From Ophelia neglecta (Eukaryota): a DNA stretch of 64,000 bases. Position 1 is the first letter of the stretch. The number at the start of each line of letters is the position of its first letter. Under the pieces are notes generated by a model. The model saw only the letters and a list, made by a program, of their open reading frames with translations, ran no database searches and was not told the origin of the DNA. Both the position numbers and the translations under genes were made by a program. The DNA is taken from NCBI GenBank assembly GCA_965285935.1, contig OZ260666.1, positions 52,328,001-52,392,000 of the forward strand. The letters are read 5' to 3'. Shown in pieces: positions 54,634 to 64,000 of the stretch.

Positions 54634-54882
54634 ACTGCTGTCTCCTAACCCAGTGCCCTGCTCACATGGCCTGGTGCCTTTTATTCCCCCTTATTGCTCA
54701 GTAGTTTAGGGTCTGCACTGCTGTCTCCTAACCCAGTGCCCTGCTCACATGGCCTGGTGCCTTTTATTCCCCCTTATTGCTCAGTAGTTTAGGGTCTGCA
54801 CTGCTGTCTCCTAACCCAGTGCCCTGCTCACATGGCCTGGTGCCTTTTATTCCCCCTTATTGCTCAGTAGTTTAGGGTCTGC
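54634..54882. repeat. 83-bp tandem triplication
   Basis: ACTGCTGTCTCCTAACCC... starts at 54634, 54717 and 54800; the copies look identical by eye. Confidence 0.95.
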
Positions 54883-56949
54883 GAGCAGAGTATCAACATG
54901 CTGGATGATTGGTACTTCTGATATCTTACCTCAGCTACCAAAATTAATAATGTGGTTTAGAATTTATGACAATATTTGCCACCCAAGGTCTTTTGAGAGA
55001 TGACCAGTAATTTTTTGACAAGGAATAAACACCCAGTGCCACCTCCATGGACAAACTTAGTGAGAAATTATATTCACTGAGTTTCTTCCCTGATTATAGA
55101 ATGCCTGTTCCTATCCTGTCAATTACTTTGCGGATATTACTGGTGTGCAGAAGATTGTACCTGTTGTCTGAAGACTTCCATCTGCCATCCCATTTGCTCC
55201 TTCTGTAGGTGTATTCTACAAAAACCTTTATCTGACTCTCCTCAGCTCCTTGACCATTGAACTTGTCTATATAATATAATTGTTGTCTGAGACGATGTAG
55301 ATGCCTTTGTGGCCTTTGGCCTTCTGAATATTGGCTTCATATGGTGCTACCTTCAGCTTGTATTAACCTGTTTTCACCAAGATCTATATATTTTACTTGG
55401 CATTTGACACCATTATGTTTGTGAAAAGTACATTATATTAAACCATGTGCTATTTGAGGAAACTAGATTCCTTGACATTTAGCAGTGGCAAGAACTGCTC
55501 TCATTAAATGATATATTTATATATACATACATGTACATTAACAGATACAACTGTAAAGGGAATTGTTTGGTTTGATTCTTTTTCATTCTTTCTTTCTACT
55601 TGTTTGATAAAATTATGTTTGCTGATTTTCCTTTCTGAAGATAATTTGACAGTTATCAGTCCCTAAAGTGTATTCACAAATGCTTGTTATTTGTGATTTG
55701 TTATATAAAACCAGTCCGTAGTTTTTTTGCAAATGGAATATAGAATGTTGAGATAATCAGTTTTTGTTGATGACCTTTCAATCCCTGTGTGAGTTGTGAG
55801 TTGTGATTCGCTGAGTGAATGTCAGTTCTGGAAAATTGCAATGGCAATCTCTTGTCGCCTTGCCAAGCCATGTATTCTTGCTAAATACCGGGTAGTTCAT
55901 TTTGTTTGGACCTTGAATTCAGAATGCAATAAATATTCTATAGTGTATTTCCTTTGTTTGGCTTGAATAAATGGCTTTGCCCTCCCTGGCTCAAGTTGGC
56001 CGAGTGGGAGGAATTTGTGACCCACAATACAAGCCTGTTACCATAGTTTGAATTAAAGAAAATGCTGACCTAGAATGAGTTCACTGTGGAGCAAGTAAAA
56101 CACACTAGACTAAAACATATAACTGGTGAATGGTTAAATGATTATAATCAAGTCTTAGAACTAGTGTTGCCAAGAGGTGCCAATTTCATAATCGATCATC
56201 GATTATACATAACCAATTGATCATCACATATAATCAGTTAGCGCATGAAGTAACAGGCAAGACTTTGACTGGGTATTTATTGCAGTTAGATATCCCTTTT
56301 TTTTAAATTTATACATATATGCTGAGGAGAGTCAGATGAAGGTTCTTGAAGAGTACACCTACAGAAGGAGCAAATGGGTTGGCAGACGACAGTCTTCAGA
56401 CAACAGGTACAATCTTCTGCATGATAGAAAATTCACATTGGCAGAGGAACTATTTAATACTAGTGGCTTAATAAATTAACAAACCCAGATGTGATTAAAT
56501 TGATAGTTGATTTTTTTCATTCAAGCACTTGGTTAGGAGAAGTAAGTGACTGAATTTCGATTATACTCCATCATTGTGACAACACTACTTACAATAAATG
56601 TCTCGGTTTGCTCTTTTGATAACTATTTAGGGATATTTAGGACAGATTTGGCTCTTGCTGATATTCAGCAAATATTTGGTTATCCCCCTAAAGATATTAG
56701 ATCATTGGTAGTATTACCTTTAGCTTGGTGTTATATGTGAACCACTCAGATCTTCCATTTTTATTACATCATATTCCCGTATTCAGACTCCCCCATTGCG
56801 TTTCATACAAAAAATAAAGATCCTTAAACTTCATGAAGTGTGACTGATTGGCATGTAAATCTACAACAACCAAATGAGTAGAACTTGTCAACAGTGATTA
56901 GGTGATGATCTCCTTGCTGTTTTCTGTGCTAATCAATAATACATAAACC

Positions 56950-57735
56950 AAGGTCTTGAAAGCTTGTGAGCTCTAGGGATGTTCTGAACAGTGACCAAAT
57001 GTAAAAGGTCTGGAAAGCTTGTGAGCTCTAGGGATGTTCTGAACAGTGACCAAATGTAAAAGGTCTAGGGATGTTCTGAACAGTGACCAAATGTAAAAGG
57101 TCTGGAAAGCTTGTGAGCTCTAGGGATGTTCCGAACAGTGACCAAATGTAAAAGGTCTGGAAAGCTTGTGAGCTCTAGGGATGTTCTGAACAGTGACCAA
57201 ATGTAAAAGGTCTAGGGATGTTCTGAACAGTGACCAAATGTAAAAGGTCTGGAAAGCTTGTGAGCTCTAGGGATGTTCCGAACAGTGACCAAATGTAAAA
57301 GGTCTGGAAAGCTTGTGAGCTCTAGGGATGTTCTGAACAGTGACCAAATGTAAAAGGTCTAGGGATGTTCTGAACAGTGACCAAATGTAAAAGGTCTGGA
57401 AAGCTTGTGAGCTCTAGGGATGTTCCGAACAGTGACCAAATGTAAAAGGTCTGGAAAGCTTGTGAGCTCTAGGGATGTTCTGAACAGTGACCAAATGTAA
57501 AAGGTCTAGGGATGTTCTGAACAGTGACCAAATGTAAAAGGTCTGGAAAGCTTGTGAGCTCTAGGGATGTTCCGAACAGTGACCAAATGTAAAAGGTCTG
57601 GAAAGCTTGTGAGCTCTAGGGATGTTCCGAACAGTGACCAAATGTAAAAGGTCTGGAAAGCTTGTGAGTTTAGGGAATGTTCTGAAAAGAGACCAAGAAT
57701 AAATGTCTAGAAAGCTTGTGAGTTGAGGAAATGTT
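56950..57735. repeat. 55/37-bp minisatellite with a 147-bp higher-order repeat
   Basis: Long unit GGAAAGCTTGTGAGCTCTAGGGATGTT(C)(T/C)GAACAGTGACCAAATGTAAAAGGTCT; the short unit lacks the first 18 bp. The short-unit junction AGGTCTAGGG recurs at 57061, 57208, 57355 and 57502. Confidence 0.96.
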
Positions 57736-59454
57736 TTGGTCAGTAATAGACAGAATAACTGCTGACTTGAGTTAAAGATAGAATTGCAGCCACCTTGATG
57801 TACAACTTACAAAAAAACCTGTTCATACATGTTATCTCAGCTGACTTAAAAGATCATTTTTCAAATTGCATTTTATGAAAAGCTTTAAAATTAATGCAGG
57901 AGAATGAGGCAGAAGATTCTCTGGTTGGCACACCCATTGTGCCATCGTTCTCTGTTTTACTTGTGCTTCCATTTTACCAATTTTAAACATGGGTCATTCC
58001 CAGTGGCTGTAGGTGTGCCTTTTGGAGCATCTATACTAGGCATTATGCAGAGGCCAAAGTGAGCCCCATTATTCTTTTTTTTTTAGCCATACTTATACAG
58101 ATTTCTCCACAATTAATGAAGGGTTGCATGCTTATTACATATGATGCACCTGGGTGCCAGTTTGTATGGCATAACTGTACATTATCCTAGCTTTTGGATT
58201 TGGATTTAGATTTTTGGGGCTTAACAACACATAGACACCATTCCTAGGTTTTGGGCAGAAATTTCTATATACCACCTTTCAATTTTTATCGCTGTGCTTT
58301 ATATTCCGGAACAGATCTCCAAGCCTGTTGAATGGAATGAGACCATATCATATCCGCTTTGGGCGTGTCATCCAGGGATGTGTTTTCATGTCTATGGGCA
58401 GTTCCTCGACAGTTATTCCCTAGTTCATTTATAATCATTATTGCTAATAAGGGTAATTCTCATGTCATGGTAAAAGGTGGAAATGATGCCCAGTCTGTCT
58501 AAAACTGACTCACTTGCATTGTCATTTCTTCATATTGTCAGTGTAAAACAAAAAAAAGTGAAAATGGAGTGGTAAAATTGTCGGACATTGTGTTTTCTCC
58601 TTTATAAGGAGAAAATATCACAACAATTGAATGCTACAGGTGGAATTATTCAAGGTATCACTTGTTACTTTAAGATATGATATGTCTGGTTATATCAGGA
58701 GAGTGGTTCATGTTACATACCAGTGGCGGAGGCTTGGCTCACTCCACAGAGAAAGGCTTCAGTTTCAGCAGTGTCGTCTGCTCCTTGTATTTTGTACTTG
58801 GTACAGGTGATGCACAGTTGCACAACTGTGCTTGAGACATTCACATGTCACAGTACCACAGTACCACATGGCTTGTCTGTAGTGGATATGATGCTTGATG
58901 AATGGACAGTTTTATATTTTCAAATTCTTTGAGAGGGCAGAATTGGGAATCCAGGAATGTGATTTTTTTAACCCAGTTAGGACAGCTCCCTTATCTAACT
59001 AACTGTCATCCGAGGAAATGGTATCGCGCTACAACCTGGGAATATTTCAAATCATTTGCATGTGTCAGAGACGCAAGGCATATGACCTGGTACACATTTT
59101 AAAGACAATACCTGTCTTATTTCTGCATGTATATAGTATATGTTGCCCTTCTCTTTCTCTATTAAATTAAATTATTAAGATATATTAATACCTTTTAACT
59201 TATATGTATAAACTGGGTATAATACATGTAGATTGTAATCTTTTTGGCAGTGATCCAGTTACATATATTTAAAAAAAACAGAATACTCAATTTCTCCTTA
59301 TGAACATTTGATAGAAAATTGCTATTCTATCATTCTTTGTCAAAGCACACATTTCACTCTCTTCAAATAAATGATGTTACGGTCTACTCTTGATACCACC
59401 GAATATTGTTTTTGTTTGTTTATGAATTACAATGTAATTCTTTGTGATTTGTAG

Positions 59455-59682
59455 GAGATCGAGAGCACTCCTGACACCAGCCGAGGTCCAGCCGCGTCCT
59501 CGGCGGAGCAGCCCTGCCCAGCCCGGCCTGTCCGAGGCCCTGTCACAGCCGAGTCAGACCTGGAGGATGATGAGGCCGACTTCCCGGAGGTGCCTCCCTC
59601 CATGGACCCGCTGCCCAGTATCCCTGTGACACAGCCTGCCTCTCCACCCCCTGTCTCTCAGGCGGACGTGGACATTCAGATG
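59455..59682 (+). CDS. TRIO: Trio linker exon with acidic and PP-x-M motif (228 nt, phase 0 to 0)
   Basis: Acceptor tttgtgatttgtag|GAG, donor ATG|gtaggt. GC- and CpG-rich. Encodes EIESTPDTSRGPAASSAEQPCPARPVRGPVTAESDLEDDEADFPEVPPSMDPLPSIPVTQPASPPPVSQADVDIQM, resembling the Trio acidic/PLPPPM segment. Confidence 0.87.
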
Positions 59683-60718
59683 GTAGGTATCCTACTCTGG
59701 TTATTGTGTCTTCTGTACAACAAGCAATGTCTAGAGCTTTATGTCTGCAAAGAAATCAGCAATGGCACCAGAATGTGAACATCTTAAGTAAAGCCTCATT
59801 TAGCACTGAACTAAGTTATGAATTTAATTATGTAACAGAACTGGATACATGTATTTTGCAAATTTAGAACAAAGATTTCAATTTCATAGATTTACAACAC
59901 TTTTGGTCAAATACATGTATCATGGTGACTCAGGCCTTTGACAAGAGTTGGGTTGATTCAGACACAATAAAATACTGTGCTTTTCTGATACCCAACCATC
60001 TGTGTCTAAAGGTCAAAGGTCCAAAGATTTTATTTTGGCAATATACTAGCAATGCTTTGGTGCATGAAGTACATTCAACCAGCTGACATGTGAATTTGAC
60101 TTTTTGTTGCTTGGGCTTGGGTATCTGTCCCTCCAGAGTATTCCAATGGCTGGCCCATGCCCAAAACTATTCATTTGTAGATAAAACATGAAGACCTACT
60201 ATTAATTATGTCTGTTCAAATGGTGAACAGAAAATTATTCTTACAGTATTTGCCTACTAACCAACCCAAGCATTGGCCTTCTGGCGTTCTATATAAATTA
60301 TACATTGACAAATAGCTATAGATATATTTATATAAAACACAGTTACATGTTTGGTGAGCTTTTTGTCTGTGTTGGTAATGGGAATTATTATGTTTCCAGT
60401 GATAATGTACACTGCTGCTTACATTGAAAAGCACGACACACTGTCACACTGTATGGTTATTGTAAATAATGCACCCTATCTATGTATCACTTCCTTGACA
60501 AAGATCTTATCCAGAAGTTTTCTCAATAAAAAAGTAATTAGTAAACAAGGATGTTAACTTTGCCTTAAAATGTACTCCTGTTTCCTGCTAGAGCTGCTTA
60601 TATATTTCAAATTGGGAAGGGCTGGATAGTATTTAGTTTGAGAAGTGATTGATTTGTGTTCGGCTTGAAGCACTTGTGTGTGGCATCGCTGTATAAAGCT
60701 TGGTGTTGTTGCTTTCAG

Positions 60719-60796
60719 TCATCACAGAGTACCACAGAAGGTCAAAGTCAGATGGACTTAGCCCAGGAAATACAAAGTATAGTGGAGCAGAGGATG
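60719..60796 (+). CDS. TRIO: Trio exon preceding GEF2 (78 nt, phase 0 to 0)
   Basis: Acceptor gttgctttcag|TCA, donor ATG|gtaagt. Encodes SSQSTTEGQSQMDLAQEIQSIVEQRM, resembling the Trio ELVSAIEELVKSKM helix. Confidence 0.88.
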
Positions 60797-62386
60797 GTAA
60801 GTGTCACTGGCTTGTACCCTACTGAGGTCTAGGTAGTAGTAGTTCCTGTAGCCTGCTACTCACAAGTTGGTTCATGAGAAAGTTGTTTTCCATCTTTGGT
60901 TTGAGTTCTAAATGTAAAAGTAATCTGTTGCCTGAAACACTAAAAGTTATGGCTTAATTAATGAGGTTCATGCCCACAGTTAGTTATAAAAGAACCTTTG
61001 GCAGCATTTTTTTTTAATTGCCACTATTATAATATTTATTGAATTTCTGCTCTAAACAGGATTTCCCGGCTAAATACTTTATCTGCCTATATGGCCAAGT
61101 TCTGGTACTCTTTGAAGAAATGTATAATTTGTAGATTATCAGAAGATTTTTCACTAGGGGAAAATATAACTACATAATAAGTTCTGCCCAAATCTAAAGA
61201 AAAATACTGTAAATGGCATGCATGTATGTTCAGATCAGGCTAAGTGAAGTTGGTTGACCCTACAAATAGTTCATATTTAGGTAGGAAGGGTGACGAATTT
61301 CAGAGTAATACTTTTACCGTCCAGTCAATGCACAGTTGCCTTTTCTATATACCCAGTGAATTATTTATTAAAGCCTTTTTCATTGGACATGGTCTTGGCA
61401 AGAAAGCAGTTGACCTTTTTTCTCTGGTTGAACTCTGATAACCGGTACAGCCAGCCTACTTCAACCTTTATCAAATAACATTCTACACAATTACTAATGC
61501 TTTGTTGACCATTCACTGGAAATCTGTACATGAAAATTAGCTACATTTACCAGGTAATCGAATGCGTTTACACAATTTTCATGACTTAACATGTTAGCAA
61601 TTAGGAAGTAACGTATCCGGGGATAATAGAAGAATTTGAAGAGAAATTTACATCCCCAAATATAAGGTATTAAAGGCAGGCAAAACTGGACCAATCCCAG
61701 AGCACACTAATAAAATAGATGTGTGCCTTTAGTTTTCATGCTAAGCATGCTAAGTAGGAGATAATATTGTTCATTGTAGGAAGGAAATAACAGCCTAAGG
61801 ACTATTTTGTGTAATATTTAGGTGGTCAGGGAGGATTGATACATGGATGTGGTAAGGTACATTGTCAATCCGAGTGGTTATCACTGCTGACATGATAATC
61901 ACCATTACCAGATTACTCCTCCTGTTTGTCAGGCCCTGTGCTTTTAATCTGACCTGTCTACGTGTGTAGAGATGTACCTGTGTCATGATCAACCCGCCAT
62001 ATGACTCATGTACCCTAATTAACAGGTGATGGTATCATTCTGTACAGAGGTACTGACAACGCCTAACACATGTACATGTACTATTTTTTGTGGGTGTGAT
62101 TTATTATCTAGACATATGGTAACTCTGTACAATATAAATATTCACTGTATTTTGTTGACATCTTGTTCGTGCATCTTAGATGTAAAATTAGATCCAGTAT
62201 GTTTTGAGATTCATCATAAAGGAATAGATGTGTACAGAGAAGACAAAACCTTACAAAAGGCAATGAGCGCTCAGACCACTTCTGAGATCCACTCACGTAC
62301 AGTAAAATAACAAGAGACTTTGGGTATACATGTATGTGGTTACTATTGACAATACATAACATGTACACATTTACACATGTACAAAT

Positions 62387-62718
62387 GTAGACCAGAAAGC
62401 ATCAAGAAAAGATGTATTAGAATGTTATAATCAGAAAAAAATATCAGGATATTAGGCATCAGGAAAATCAGAATGTATCAGTAAATAACAAATCTAGCCA
62501 ATGTAATTATTATTAATTCTAGTTTAGCAATATATCTTGCATGTAAATATATTATTTCCTTGATCACGCAGAGCATAAAGAAAGATTGGAATAATTTCTT
62601 GTGTTTCTTGTTTTATTTTGACAAGCATATTAGGTGATACTTTTTTTGATGCCTTTTTTCCTGATGCTATCCTTGCTTTTATTCCGATACTTTTTTTCCT
62701 GATAATTTTGGTCCATAC
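62387..62718. mobile_element. Degenerate foldback/MITE-like element with inverted subterminal repeats
   Basis: The left arm has repeated ATCA(A/G)GAAAA motifs (GTAGACCAGAAAGCATCAAGAAAA...GCATCAGGAAAA). The right arm has the complementary TTTTCCTGATGC...TTTTCCTGATAATTTTGGTCCATAC. Confidence 0.5.
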
Positions 62719-64000
62719 AGCTACATGTTCAGGTAAATCTTTGTGTGTTTATTGCTGATAAAAGCTTAACCAAACCACTTTGTGTGTGTAAAGCATTGTT
62801 CTTGGTATATCCACCATCTGCCCTGTGGTCTTTGTGGCGAGTTTTTTAGGCCTTAAATTTACATGTGCATATCAGAACTATTTTCCCATCTCAAGAACAA
62901 ATGTTGTAGGCTAATAGTTAAGTACATGTGGGACTTGCTGCGTAGACCATTATACTTGAGACAACAATTAACACGGTTATAAAACATTACCCGGTATATG
63001 TATAACATAAACCTGGCACGCCTTTCACAGTCCTTTGATCAGTTTTGCATGTACTATATGGAACAGATATTTTACCTCCCTCCCTCCCCCCCTCAACACA
63101 TCCTGAGGTATGTAAGAACCAACATATTTTGATCCATTGTGAGGGGTACGCCTGAATACATTAAACAGGGTGATAGAGTGTAGGGTTGTAGGAGTCACCA
63201 GTTGATGACTAGGAGCCCACAGCTCCCACCCCCTCCCTCCTCCACTTACACCAGCTACAGGGTGTAGTGTTGTGGGACATGCCATTTACTACCTAGAACA
63301 CACCTGCTCTGGTCCTTGCCTCAAGCCTGTGCCTACGTAGGGATGTGATTTTCACCTTACTGTTTACTAGCCAGGTGCCAGTAAATATTATAAGCCTGGG
63401 CATCCATGTACGTGTATATGATTTACGTGTCCCATGTACACACTTTGTACACTGGCAGTAATCAGGCCTTTGTTACACACCTAGCCTCTCACCTGTTGAT
63501 TTTCTATGCCAGTTCTTTCTGGGATCTGAGGTTGCTGTGGCAACAGTATTGCGGCATGCCTGTGATCATATTCCATGTTCATCATGTCTCCAGATATTAT
63601 CTGTGTATTGTTCAATGATATCATGTGGACACAACTAGTAAAATAGTAGGATGAACATTGGCTCATTTTGTAGCTATGAATTTCTACTTACAAAAGGTCT
63701 TGTGTTGGCATTATCACACTATGACATTTTGAAGACTGAGGAAATTGATAGAGAAATTACAAGCACAAAATAACTGCCAAATTTATCCCAACTGAGTGAT
63801 ATGATGGTAAATATATTCAAACATTGTTCATATTCACAAATTTATTTTAGGTATTTATAACAATAAATACGCGTTCAATGAGGACACATCCGTTTTACAT
63901 TATGGATGTGACACTGTTTGACATTGCTGTAAGACTGATGTACATGCAGGTGATAGGTGAAATCAAACATCTGCTTGTATTTTATATTACAATTTAGGCT

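Noticed and set aside
56336-56406. Other frames of the 56.3-kb exon-like patch (MKVLEEYTYRR..., STPTEGANG...)
   Set aside because: They end in phase 2 or 1, incompatible with the phase-0 acceptor at 59455.
56950-57735. CRISPR-like appearance of regularly spaced 30-55 bp repeats (also at 4149, 23670 and 49562)
   Set aside because: No unique spacers, no cas genes, and a spliceosomal intron context.
59444-59629. ORF MICRRSRALL...
   Set aside because: An alternate frame of the real Trio exon 59455-59682.

Overview
Eukaryotic, intron-dominated genomic DNA from an animal. The roughly 40% GC, CpG depletion, frequent TACATGTA and many minisatellites suggest an invertebrate such as a lophotrochozoan (inference). 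The window appears to lie inside one + strand gene, a Trio/Kalirin (UNC-73) family Rho-GEF. Six GT-AG exons splice in frame (32124-32373, 37528-37648, 38664-38799, 52329-52412, 59455-59682, 60719-60796). They encode the first SH3 domain and the conserved linker (RKWLTNPVRKLS, E-x-PP-x-M, DLAQEIQSIVEQRM) that precedes the second, RhoA-type GEF domain. I found no GEF1 or GEF2 exons in the window. The most notable signal is a set of candidate alternative first or cassette exons inside the large introns, each ending at a phase-0 donor. They would give shorter Trio isoforms different N-termini: polybasic MMGRHWRRKRK (20320), basic plus polyproline (29763), polybasic-aromatic-Cys MGKTRKKRKFFKFFSC (48213), and weaker candidates at 8048 and 56374. 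About 14% of the window is unrelated minisatellite arrays (15-83 bp units), several with higher-order structure, plus small MITEs. Nearly all long ORFs in the supplied track are repeat artefacts. No prokaryotic systems, CRISPR arrays, rRNA or tRNA genes were seen.
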